The position numbers were made by a program, and so were the translations under genes. Positions 22,140 to 31,882 of a DNA stretch of 64,000 bases are shown in pieces; positions within the stretch are counted from its first letter, which is position 1, and each line of letters begins with the position of its first letter. This stretch comes from Bdellovibrionales bacterium (GTDB taxonomy: Bacteria > Bdellovibrionota > Bdellovibrionia > Bdellovibrionales > JAUICD01): NCBI GenBank assembly GCA_965203275.1, contig OZ241865.1, forward strand, positions 64,001 to 128,000, read 5' to 3'. Below the pieces are notes generated by a model, which saw only the letters and a list, made by a program, of their open reading frames with translations, had not been told where the DNA came from and searched no databases.

Positions 22140-22885
22140 TATGATGTTCCGTTCCTCTGGGATCTGGGATCCGGGATCCCGGGATCTGGGATCCGGGATC
22201 CGGCAACCCGGCATCAGAAAGAACTCTTTTTCCTTAACATTTCACTCAAAATGCATCATGCCTCTGGTTCACTAAAAGTAAACTAGCCTCTGGCTACTTT
22301 TGGACATTGCTCTGACAGCTTACGCTGTCTAAAAAGAGCAATGTCTCAAAAGTCCGTTTACTTTTAGTAGGAAGGATCCTTTCCTCTTTGACACGATGTT
22401 AAGGAAAAAGTTCCTTCTTACATCTTTTGCCCGCAAAGGCTTACGCATTTGACAAAATGGTCATTGCCTCAAAAATCTATGCATTTTGAGTAGAGGAGGA
22501 TCCTTTTATTCCTCTACACCATGTTAGGGAAAAAGTGCTTTTATTACCTTAAGAGCAAGCGGATTTACGAATGAGGAACTTTTTCCTTAACATGGTGTTA
22601 AAAAACAAGGAGATCCTTCCTACTAAAAGTGGTCAGGCTTTCTAGGTTGCCAGCAGATGAAAGAACTTTTCCCTTAACATCGCGTAAAAAAAAGAAATGA
22701 TCCTTTCTACTAAAAATAAACGGATTTTTGAGGCAATCAGCCTTTGATCGACGGCGACAGCCGTCGGGCTGATTGCCCAAAAACAGCCAGAGGCTGGTTT
22801 ATTTTTAGTGAAAAAGATAAGAAGGCGAATAGCCTTCGGCTGGCAACCCAAAAGTGACCAGAGGTCAGTTTACTTTTAGTGAAAA
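22140..22885. repeat. family A cluster (heptamers, minus units, central spacer, nested plus unit)
   Basis: Unit motifs; spacer TTATTACCTTAAGAGCAAGCGG at ~22540 shared with ~6270 and ~40870. Confidence 0.9.
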
Positions 22886-22889
22886 AGTT

Positions 22890-24401
22890 TCATTTCGATT
22901 GGGAAAAAAGGTGACTATTAGAAGGACGTTGACCAAAAAGCTGATAACACTTTCCTTCCTTATATTGATAGAGCTTAGCAACTCTGCTGGCTTTGTTTTT
23001 GATCTTTTCAATCCAAACAAAAGTTCTTTTATAAAAAGGTTTTGTGCATTCCACATCAAAGAAAGCAGGTGACCATGTCCCGCTATTAAGATGCTCAATG
23101 TCTTCAAAGTTTTTATGCATCCACGTATGAGTGTGTCCATAAATAATACGTTTAACACGGGTGATTTGAGATGCTATTTGAAAAATCCTCAATTTAGGGG
23201 CTTTGTAATTGAGAACTTGTGATTTAAACGTACGAGAATAAAAAATGAAAAAAGGTATAAAAAATGCTAATGGAATAAACATCCAGAAAAAAGAAATACC
23301 AAAAAAAAGCTTAATATTAACAAAAATAACATAAGTGATTAAAAAAATAATTAAGACAAGAAGAGCTTGATCAATCCACAGCTCTCTTGCTAGAAGCAAG
23401 GGATTAAAGGCAGCTGGATGGACTGCTAGCTCTTTCATTTCTCTGACCATACGAGGTGTGGCATTGGCATTGCGAGCGATAGATTCAATTCGACCTTCAA
23501 TTGTGAGAGGGTCCTTCATTGCAGGCAAAAGTGTATAAATAAAAGAATAAATTAACGTCATAGCTGCACTGGTAAACCAAGTCACAAGAAGTAAAGGCTG
23601 TGCTTTGGCCATATATTTAAAGAAGAAACGTATATATTCTTTGATAGTCATAATAAAGTTAGAATCTGCATGAGGATTAAAAAAGCCCATTTGATTGATC
23701 ATATAACGACAAGCTAAGTTACCAAAAGGTATGCGAATTTCCATACGTTTGAGTCTTTGAACCATAGGGGAAATAGGATTTTGACAAAGACAATAAGGAT
23801 CATACTGATTGCCATGTTCAATAAGAGTATCTTGATTACTAATGTAAAACCAAGAACAGAATCGTATTTGATTTAAATGTGCTTTTGGTAAATCAAGGTA
23901 TTCTAAAATATTATTTTGTACCATCTGATAATGGAGTTCTAGATCATGATTGCCAATAATAAAGACAGCTCGATGACCATGCAGTATGAAATTTCTTAGA
24001 GCCTCTATCCAAACCTTATGATCTTCAAGTATTTTGCGTATTTTAAAGGCTGATTTGATTTCTTGAGGGAAAAGACCACATTTACGTTCAATCCAAGAAA
24101 CCTTATAGGGAGGATTCTTTGGAATAGCCATGCAAGAGTCAAAATCAAAAATATCTCCATTGAGGATCAGTTCTATTTGTTGATCTCCTGCCTTTTTCTC
24201 TATAAAATCTAAAAAATTTTTAAATTTATCATCAAAAAAGAACTCTCTTGTTTTAAACTTTTTCCAAAGGGGATGTTTAGGGTCCGGCTCTTGTGCCTCA
24301 CATAAATGAAGATCAGAAATCACCACTGTACAAGAAGCTGTGGTAAAATCTTCTTTGTTAAGTAAAGATTGCTTTGATGGTTTATATATATATTCAGGCA
24401 T
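22890..24401 (-). CDS. membrane-anchored calcineurin-like metallophosphoesterase
   Basis: ISDLH, NGDIFD, GNHD, EHG, YGHTH, NSGTW motifs; hydrophobic segments. Confidence 0.85.
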   Translation of the reverse strand: MPEYIYKPSKQSLLNKEDFTTASCTVVISDLHLCEAQEPDPKHPLWKKFKTREFFFDDKFKNFLDFIEKKAGDQQIELILNGDIFDFDSCMAIPKNPPYKVSWIERKCGLFPQEIKSAFKIRKILEDHKVWIEALRNFILHGHRAVFIIGNHDLELHYQMVQNNILEYLDLPKAHLNQIRFCSWFYISNQDTLIEHGNQYDPYCLCQNPISPMVQRLKRMEIRIPFGNLACRYMINQMGFFNPHADSNFIMTIKEYIRFFFKYMAKAQPLLLVTWFTSAAMTLIYSFIYTLLPAMKDPLTIEGRIESIARNANATPRMVREMKELAVHPAAFNPLLLARELWIDQALLVLIIFLITYVIFVNIKLFFGISFFWMFIPLAFFIPFFIFYSRTFKSQVLNYKAPKLRIFQIASQITRVKRIIYGHTHTWMHKNFEDIEHLNSGTWSPAFFDVECTKPFYKRTFVWIEKIKNKASRVAKLYQYKEGKCYQLFGQRPSNSHLFSQSK

Positions 24402-24548
24402 AGTTATTTTTCAAAGTATTGGTTTTAAAAGTAAAACGTTTAGATATTTATACCACTTTTCTGCTAAGATTCCAAGTAGTATTAAATTCTTTTTTTCAAC
24501 ACTTTAAGATTGTTTGCAATAGTCTTAAAATTAAGTTATTTCACTGCA

Positions 24549-25160
24549 TTATGATAATTTATTGAGCAAATCATCACAGGATATTTTTAAATCTTCTATA
24601 GAGCCATTATTCCAAATGACAAAATCAACTAAATTTAATTTTTCTTCTTGAGGTTTTTGAGAATCCATAATGCAATCAATCATTTCTTTTGTCATTTGTC
24701 TGCTTTCTTTGAGTCTTTTGTAAATAATATCTCTGCTGGTTGCAACCAAGACAATAAAATCAAATGTATCTTGTATATTTTGCTCAAAAATCAAGGCTGC
24801 GTCATATATGGCTAGGGGTGTGCCGATTTCCTCTAGATGTTTTTTCTCCTGAAAAGCCATAGTTGCTATAATGGGATGCACAATTTCTTCTAAAATGGCT
24901 CTTTTTTGAGGATCCTTAAAGACAATATTTCTTAAGGATTTTCTATCAATGGATAGATATTTTGAGGATGGATGCGTCATCTTTAAAACACTTTCTCCAA
25001 AAGAAGATAGTACTTTTTGGATAACTTTTGGTTTTTCTAAGGCTTTATGCCCATAAATATCTGCATTTAAAATAGGTAACCCTTTTTGACGCAAAATTTG
25101 AGAGACTGTGGATTTACCTGTTCCAATGCCTCCAGTCAAACCAATCCATTTCATTATCAT
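24549..25160 (-). CDS. coaE: dephospho-CoA kinase
   Basis: IGLTGGIGTGKSTV, IDRKSL, LEEIVHP, NNGS. Confidence 0.93.
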   Translation of the reverse strand: MIMKWIGLTGGIGTGKSTVSQILRQKGLPILNADIYGHKALEKPKVIQKVLSSFGESVLKMTHPSSKYLSIDRKSLRNIVFKDPQKRAILEEIVHPIIATMAFQEKKHLEEIGTPLAIYDAALIFEQNIQDTFDFIVLVATSRDIIYKRLKESRQMTKEMIDCIMDSQKPQEEKLNLVDFVIWNNGSIEDLKISCDDLLNKLS

Positions 25161-25250
25161 TGACTCTATTCTTTTTGATATTGTTTCACTAAACACTTGC
25201 TTTTAATACGACTTTTATTTTAATTAAGTATCACATAACAAGTCGGAGGA

Positions 25251-26792
25251 TTGTCAATGCAAAAAGTTTTAGTTTTAGACTTTGGTTCTCAGTACACACA
25301 GCTGATCACTCGTAAGGTTCGAGAGCTTAAAGTTTATGCAGAAATTCACCCTTATCATTGGCCTTTATCCTGCATTCAAGAGTACCAACCTGTTGCTATT
25401 ATACTCAGTGGGGGGCCTAGCTCTGTACATCAAAAAAATGCACCTGTCAGAGATATCAAGCAACTAGCTCAAATAGCTCCTCTTTTGGGTATCTGTTATG
25501 GGATGCAGCTTATGGCACATTTTTTAGGAGGGACGGTTTATAAGTCTTCTCATAGTGGAGAATATGGTAGGCAGAAAATTTCTTGGATAAATTCACCTCC
25601 TATAAATATCCCTCAAGAAAGCTCCGTCTGGATGAGTCACAGTGATGATGTTGTTAAATTGCCTCCTGATTTTGTGACGCTAGCAAAAAGCCAACAGGAT
25701 ATTATAGCAGTTATGTCAGATGGACGTTCTTTAGGATTACAATTTCATCCAGAGGTTACTCATACAGAATATGGACAAAAATATTTAGAATATTTCTTAT
25801 TTCAAATGGTAGGACTTTCAAAAAAATGGCAGACCGATAGCATTCTTCAACAGGCTACAGCTTATATTGAAAAAAAAGTCAAGCCTGATGAAAAAGTGCT
25901 TTGTGGATTAAGTGGAGGTGTGGATTCAACTGTAGTAGCTACACTGTTGACAAGGGTGTTAGGACCTAAGAGAGTTAAATGTATTTTTGTCAACAATGGA
26001 CTTTTGAGAAAAAACGAATATACAGAAGTTCTTAAAAGTTATAAAACATTAAATCTTTCAGTGGAAGGGAAAGACGCCAGTCATGCTTTTTTATCTGCTC
26101 TTAAAGGTGTCACTTGTCCAGAGAGTAAAAGAAAAATCATAGGCAAAGTTTTTATAGATGTTTTTGATTGTTTTAGAAAGCAAAACAAAGACATTAAATG
26201 GTTAGCACAGGGAACACTTTATCCTGATGTCATTGAAAGCTGTTCTTTTAACTTTTCTGATCAGAAGGCTGTCCATATTAAAACACATCACAATGTGGGG
26301 GGATTACCGCAACACATGGATTTAAAAGTTTTAGAGCCGGTCAGAGAGCTTTTTAAGGACGAGGTGAGGGAGATGGGCAAACACTTAAATATTCCTTCTG
26401 AAATTTTGTACAGGCATCCTTTCCCTGGTCCTGGTCTAGCTGTGAGGATTTTAGGAGAAGTAACAAGAGAGAAAATTATTATTTTGCAAAATGCAGATGT
26501 TATTTTTAATCAGTTACTTAAGGAAGAAAATTTATATAATTGTATATGGCAAGCATTTTGTGTTTTGCTTCCTGTGCAAACAGTGGGAGTACAAGGTGAT
26601 CGTCGGTCTTATAAGTACTGTTTAGCTATTCGAGCTGTGACTTCAGTGGATGGGATGACAGCAGATTGGTTTGAATTTACTCCCTCTATTTTGAAGAAAA
26701 TATCTACACAAATCACAAACCATGTTAAAGATATTAATCGAGTAGTGTATGATATTACCAGTAAACCTCCTGGGACAATAGAGTGGGAATAA
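25251..26792 (+). CDS. guaA: GMP synthase (glutamine-hydrolysing)
   Basis: LDFGSQYTQLI, GICYGMQ, QFHPEV, SGGVDS, HPFPGPGL, KPPGTIEWE. Confidence 0.98.
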   Translation: MSMQKVLVLDFGSQYTQLITRKVRELKVYAEIHPYHWPLSCIQEYQPVAIILSGGPSSVHQKNAPVRDIKQLAQIAPLLGICYGMQLMAHFLGGTVYKSSHSGEYGRQKISWINSPPINIPQESSVWMSHSDDVVKLPPDFVTLAKSQQDIIAVMSDGRSLGLQFHPEVTHTEYGQKYLEYFLFQMVGLSKKWQTDSILQQATAYIEKKVKPDEKVLCGLSGGVDSTVVATLLTRVLGPKRVKCIFVNNGLLRKNEYTEVLKSYKTLNLSVEGKDASHAFLSALKGVTCPESKRKIIGKVFIDVFDCFRKQNKDIKWLAQGTLYPDVIESCSFNFSDQKAVHIKTHHNVGGLPQHMDLKVLEPVRELFKDEVREMGKHLNIPSEILYRHPFPGPGLAVRILGEVTREKIIILQNADVIFNQLLKEENLYNCIWQAFCVLLPVQTVGVQGDRRSYKYCLAIRAVTSVDGMTADWFEFTPSILKKISTQITNHVKDINRVVYDITSKPPGTIEWE

Positions 26793-27011
26793 ATTTGGTT
26801 GTTTCACTTTTAGTGAACCAAACTCCCAATAGCCCAACAACCTAATCCGGATGGATAAGCCTAAAATATTCTTGACAAAACAGTTAGTATATTCTAACTT
26901 TTTAAAAGCTTGGAATCTTAGAAATCATATCAAATAAAGAAAACAAAAAAATAGAGGTTGAAAAATCAATCGCACCATAAAAATCTTTTACTTTAACTTT
27001 AATGATTTGCC

Positions 27012-27758
27012 ATGGTTATTTTAGCAGTGGAATGTAGCACTTCTTTAGGAAGTGTTGCCATATCTCGCTTTTCAGATATTCTTTCATCTTTGTCGTGGAA
27101 GCATCAAAAATCACATGAAAAAGTCATTGTCTCGTCTCTATCTCAAGCTCTTCAAGAAGCTCATCTCACTTTTAAAGATATAAATTTGTTAGCTGTAGGG
27201 AATGGGCCAGGCAGTTTTACAGGACTTCGAGTGGCTCTTTCAGTTGTCAAGACCCTATCTTATGCTTATGATTTGCCTGTAGCAGTTTTTAATTCCTTGA
27301 GAATATTAGCAGAAAATTATCAAAACTCTTGTCCAGAAAGAGTTTATACTCTACAAAACGCTTTTAGTGCAAAATTCTTTTTTGCTCATTATCTTAAAAA
27401 TGGACTTATATGTCAGGAGATTGAAAAACCACAGCTAATTGCTCAAGAGCAAATAAGAGACGTTCTAAAAAAGCCAGGGATGGTTTTAGGATGTGTTTCT
27501 AACTTGATATGCCAAAATCCAGGATCTCAAAGTCAAAGACTTCAAAGTCGAAGACTTCAAAGTCAAAGATTTTTTTTAAATAACAATAAGCATTTAAAAT
27601 TTGTAGAAGATTCCTTAATAAACTACCCCGATGCTAAAAAATTAGCTATCCTATGTTCAAGGCAGAAGCAAAGTTATTTTAAGGAAAAATGGCAACAAGT
27701 TTTTCCACTTTATCTGAAAATGTCTGCTGCGGAAGAGAAAATAAACTTTAAAAAATAA
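27012..27758 (+). CDS. tsaB: tRNA threonylcarbamoyladenosine biosynthesis protein TsaB
   Basis: ILAVECST, GNGPGSFTGLRV, C-terminal PLYL; in-frame 15-bp triplication (QSQRL) at ~27527-27571. Confidence 0.9.
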   Translation: MVILAVECSTSLGSVAISRFSDILSSLSWKHQKSHEKVIVSSLSQALQEAHLTFKDINLLAVGNGPGSFTGLRVALSVVKTLSYAYDLPVAVFNSLRILAENYQNSCPERVYTLQNAFSAKFFFAHYLKNGLICQEIEKPQLIAQEQIRDVLKKPGMVLGCVSNLICQNPGSQSQRLQSRRLQSQRFFLNNNKHLKFVEDSLINYPDAKKLAILCSRQKQSYFKEKWQQVFPLYLKMSAAEEKINFKK

Positions 27759-27919
27759 ATGACGATAGCTATTTATAGCAATACAATATTTGCTAAAGAC
27801 TTCTAATCATTTTAAGATTATGCCATAATAAGTATGAGAATAAAAAAAAACAAATAGGGTAAGCCTTTTTTTGAGAATTACCTAAAAACAGAATGAGGAT
27901 ATAAGAAGGATGTTTTCTT

Positions 27920-28281
27920 AACACGATGTTAGAAATAAGGAAATACTATTTCCGGGATCCGGGATCTGGCAACCCGGCATCAGATCCCGGGATACCTGCT
28001 TGCCGGATCCCGGGAATAAATATCTTGTTTCCTTAACATGGTGTTTATCCCAGAATCCGGGATCCGGGATCCGGGATCCGGGAATCGGGCATCAGAAGGA
28101 AATGTTTCCTTAACATGGAGTAAAAAAACGAGGAGATCCTCCCTACTAAAAGTGGTCAGACAGCAAGCTTCTCTGAAGCTTGCCATGTAACAACACTAGG
28201 CGATGACCATTTTACCGATGGCGACAGCCATCGTGGTCATCGCCAGAAAGTGACCAGAGGTCAGACCACTTTTAGTGAAAC
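27920..28281. repeat. heptamer modules plus a family A unit with hairpin insert
   Basis: CCGGGAT runs at ~27950-28092; unit ~28105-28281 with the GCAAGCTTC-TCT-GAAGCTTGC insert. Confidence 0.9.
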
Positions 28282-28297
28282 AGCAAGCGGTGATTTT

Positions 28298-28879
28298 ATG
28301 TCAATAGAACATCATATAGGAAAAACATATTATGATACACTAGATGTATCCAGTTCATCATCTCAAAAAGAGATTCAATCTGCTTATATAAAAGCAAAGA
28401 ATACTTATTCTGCTTGCAATCCAAAGCTTTACTCTGTTTTTTCTAAGAAAGAGCTAGAAGATCTACTTAAATTAATAGATCAAGCTTATTTTGTTTTGAG
28501 TCATCCTGAAAGACGAAGTACTTATGATAAGGAACTTTTAAAGAGCCATAACAAAAATATACTTCAAAAAAACATGGTTATTAAAAGTTATTATAAAAAA
28601 GACCCCATGTTTGAAAAGCAAATAGAAGAGAAAGACATTTTCGATGGACCTTTTTTAAAAAATATTCGCAACTATAAAAATATCACTTTAGATGAAATTT
28701 CTAAAGTGACCCGTATTGGAAAGCCTTATTTGATAGCTATTGAAAATAATGACTATCAAGCATTGCCTGCCCCTGTATTTGTGCGAGGCTTCATTTCACA
28801 ATATGCAAAATGTTTATCTCTGAAGACCCAAACAGTTGTTAATTCTTATATGTCACTTTACAAAGCACTCTATGTCTAA
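28298..28879 (+). CDS. J-domain-like plus RodZ-type HTH protein
   Basis: TYYDTLDV...AYFVLSHPERRSTYD; ITLDEISKVTRI...AIEN...LPAPVFVRGF; the upstream ORF extension lies in the repeat. Confidence 0.8.
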   Translation: MSIEHHIGKTYYDTLDVSSSSSQKEIQSAYIKAKNTYSACNPKLYSVFSKKELEDLLKLIDQAYFVLSHPERRSTYDKELLKSHNKNILQKNMVIKSYYKKDPMFEKQIEEKDIFDGPFLKNIRNYKNITLDEISKVTRIGKPYLIAIENNDYQALPAPVFVRGFISQYAKCLSLKTQTVVNSYMSLYKALYV

Positions 28880-29933
28880 CCCTCAAAAACAAATTTGCCT
28901 TATTATTGATGATCAATTTAAAGGACTGCGAGCAGATATTGTTTTAGTTAAGTATATTTCCTCCTTATTAAAATCAAATTTATCAAGATCAAAAGTTTCA
29001 AAGCTTTTTGATTCAGGGTGTGTTTTGATCAATAATATACGTTGCAGGCCTTCCTATAAATGTCGCATAAATGATCAATTAAAATTTAATATACCTTTCA
29101 ATCTTCAAAGAAATTATGTGCTTTTAGAGCCTTATTCTTTTGATTTAGATATTCTTTTTGAAGACAAATGGGTGATTGTAGTAAACAAGCCCGCAGGTCT
29201 GGTCGTACATCCAGGAGCAGGACACACCCAAGATACTCTTGTCAACGCTCTGATTTATCATAAAAAGAAGCTTTCATTTTTAGATTGGGTACAGGCTGGA
29301 CAAGTACCTTTAGAAGATTGTCGGCCAGGCATTGTACATCGGATAGATAAAGACACAAGTGGTTTGCTTCTCATTGCAAAGGATGAGGATGTACATCAAA
29401 AGTTAGCAAAACAGTTTGCTACCCATAAGGTTGATAGACACTATTGGGCCTGTGTTTTTGGGGTACCTCAAAGACGGCGTGGAGAAATCAAAAGTCAAAT
29501 TGCAAGGAATATTCATAATAGAAAAAAATTTCAAAGCTTTGATTTGAGCTTAAATGTAGACGGCGGAAATGATCATCATAGTCATTTTGGAAGCCTTCAA
29601 AAAAGTCCTCGTGGGAAAAAAGCTATTACTTATTATGAGGTAATAGAATCTTTTGGAGGTATATCACTTTTGCATTTAAAATTAGCAACAGGGCGAACAC
29701 ATCAAATACGTGTGCATCTTTCAAATTTAGGACATCCTATTTTAGGTGACAAAATTTATGGTCGTAAGAGATCACTTCATTTTTTAGATAGCTCTTTTAA
29801 GGATTATGTGGAGGCTCTGCCTAGGTTAGCTTTGCATGCAGCCAGGTTGCGATTTTATCATCCATATCTTGGCCGTCGGTTAGAATTTGAAGTTGGCTGG
29901 CCGGATGATCTACTCCCTTTTGCTTTCTCTTAA
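28872..29933 (+). CDS. rluD: RluA-family 23S rRNA pseudouridine synthase
   Basis: S4-like N-terminus, NKPAGLVVHPG, GIVHRIDKDTSGL, TGRTHQIRVH, LHA. Confidence 0.9.
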   Translation: MSNPQKQICLIIDDQFKGLRADIVLVKYISSLLKSNLSRSKVSKLFDSGCVLINNIRCRPSYKCRINDQLKFNIPFNLQRNYVLLEPYSFDLDILFEDKWVIVVNKPAGLVVHPGAGHTQDTLVNALIYHKKKLSFLDWVQAGQVPLEDCRPGIVHRIDKDTSGLLLIAKDEDVHQKLAKQFATHKVDRHYWACVFGVPQRRRGEIKSQIARNIHNRKKFQSFDLSLNVDGGNDHHSHFGSLQKSPRGKKAITYYEVIESFGGISLLHLKLATGRTHQIRVHLSNLGHPILGDKIYGRKRSLHFLDSSFKDYVEALPRLALHAARLRFYHPYLGRRLEFEVGWPDDLLPFAFS

Positions 29934-29963
29934 AAATATATCTTAAATACATCTACTGGCTTA

Positions 29964-30590
29964 TTATTTTTTGAGTTGGGCTTTAAAGATTTTTTTGATG
30001 TATTCATTAGGGCGACTGCCAATTCTGTTACCCCATCGATTCACTTCATACAAAGCCACTTGGGGGAAAAGACTATAAAGCTCTGCTCTTTTTAAAACAT
30101 CCTTCCCGCTCGATTTACCAGTCTCAATACGATGAATAGCAGCAGGGGAAAAATCAAATACCTTTGCAAAATCTCTAATAGAAAGTTTTAAATTTTGACG
30201 AAACATCTTCAAATCTTTTCTTGTAAATTTATAGTCATACACAGGAGTAAATACAAATGAAGAAGGTCCTTTTTGTCCAATGGTTGAAAGCAATACAAAA
30301 GGGTCTTTTTCATCTGGTGAAATGCCTGTCATTTCACAATATTCTTCATAAGCAGGATTTTGCTTTGAAGGTATACGATCTGCAAATGATACAAATAATT
30401 CCTGAGATTGATAAGTCTTTTGACTACAAGGAAACTCAGGTCCTAATGCAACAGCTTTTTTATCATAAAGATATTTTTGATCATAGTTAAAGATAAACTG
30501 ATCTTTTTTACGCGATAGCTGGCCTACATATTGTCTTGAAGTATACTTTTCAAGATAAACATCTATAGCAATGACTTTAAAATTTTTCAC
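29964..30590 (-). CDS. HipA N-terminal (HipS-like) domain fused to an XRE HTH; putative antitoxin/regulator
   Basis: VGQL...FIFNY...FVSFADRIP...DPFVLL; LKMFRQNLKLSIRDFA...IHRIETG. Confidence 0.7.
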   Translation of the reverse strand: MKNFKVIAIDVYLEKYTSRQYVGQLSRKKDQFIFNYDQKYLYDKKAVALGPEFPCSQKTYQSQELFVSFADRIPSKQNPAYEEYCEMTGISPDEKDPFVLLSTIGQKGPSSFVFTPVYDYKFTRKDLKMFRQNLKLSIRDFAKVFDFSPAAIHRIETGKSSGKDVLKRAELYSLFPQVALYEVNRWGNRIGSRPNEYIKKIFKAQLKK

Positions 30591-31485
30591 AATCCTTGAT
30601 CCTTTTTTTTAAAAAAGTCCAAAATGCCTTTTTTCTTTTTATGGATATATAAGATTTACTTATTTCTTTCTTGATGCAGTCCATTTGGGTTAATAATTTA
30701 TTTTTAAATTGCATACATACTTTTTCAAATCCCAATCTATGAAATTCTTCTATATAATCTAAAAGTTTAGGCTCTTTTGAAGAAGTTGTCCAAATAGAAC
30801 AACTAGGATTCAAATCAGCACCCAACATATCTTCTGTCTCTACTCCAAAATAAGAAGGATTGTCATACATAGGAGCTAGTTGCTTTCTATTCCTCATAGT
30901 TATAATGCCTAAGTTTCTGCCATGCCTGTCGTTATTTCCTATGAATGCATCAAATAAACAAATTTTTATAAACTGCACAACATCGGCTAAATGTCCTGTT
31001 TCTTTTTTAATAACTTGAATTAACTCAGAACAATTATGATATTCCTCTCCCTTAGGTAAAAATTTATAAATATGATCTAATGTGGATTTTTGATAATCCT
31101 GCATAAAATTATAGGTAACAAATGTCGGTCGACGTTTTAAAATTATAAGATAATGTTTAGGCACTTCTAAGGATAGTAATTTTGCAATACGATTACAGGT
31201 GTATTCCATACCTGGCAAATCAAGATATTTTTTTTCTTGAACTTTTAAAATATAATCTACCTTATTTAATTGTGCAGAGTATTTTAAATATCTGCCATGA
31301 TAAAAAGTGTCTGTTTTTTTTTTAACTTTCCATTGATCAGAGGATGTTCCTATTCTTTTAGAATCCAAATCCTTAAACCTATAAACCTGAGGTAAATCAA
31401 ACCATTTTAGAAAACATGATTCATGTAATCCATAACAAACAGGGAATGTTAAAGGCTTTCTGCACTTGATACATTTTTTTTTCAT
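30577..31485 (-). CDS. HipA-family kinase (HipT-like, lacking the N-terminal subdomain)
   Basis: YILK, IGNNDRHGRNLG, LAPMYD; N-terminal CxxC...HxxC. Confidence 0.8.
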   Translation of the reverse strand: MKKKCIKCRKPLTFPVCYGLHESCFLKWFDLPQVYRFKDLDSKRIGTSSDQWKVKKKTDTFYHGRYLKYSAQLNKVDYILKVQEKKYLDLPGMEYTCNRIAKLLSLEVPKHYLIILKRRPTFVTYNFMQDYQKSTLDHIYKFLPKGEEYHNCSELIQVIKKETGHLADVVQFIKICLFDAFIGNNDRHGRNLGIITMRNRKQLAPMYDNPSYFGVETEDMLGADLNPSCSIWTTSSKEPKLLDYIEEFHRLGFEKVCMQFKNKLLTQMDCIKKEISKSYISIKRKKAFWTFLKKRIKDCEKF

Positions 31486-31526
31486 TTTGAAAATATCCTT
31501 TATTTATTGTTTATGATAAAATAATT

Positions 31527-31653
31527 TTGTATGCAATATATTACTAAAAAATTTTGTACTTTATTGAGTACTTATTTTTATTGTATGCAATATACTACTA
31601 AAAAATTTTGTACTTTATTGAGTACTTATTTTTATTGTATGCAATGTACTACT
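31527..31653. repeat. 54-bp tandem repeat (~2.3 copies) upstream of the kinase operon
   Basis: TTGTATGCAAT at 31527, 31581 and 31635; full copies contain GTACT-N6-AGTAC. Confidence 0.85.
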
Positions 31654-31882
31654 TAATGTACCATAAATATCAGATGAAAATCAAGAGGGCCTATAATTAT
31701 TTTTTAAATATCGCTTAAGATATATGATAGAAGGTAAAAGTGTAAAATAGAGATAATCTTTTTTTAATTTACAATATTTTATAGGAAATCTAACACTAGA
31801 CACATTTTCATTCTCTAGTTATTCTATTCTTTTGAATACACTGTTATCGTTTACAAAGAAATAAAATTTCAAGGAAGTTTTT

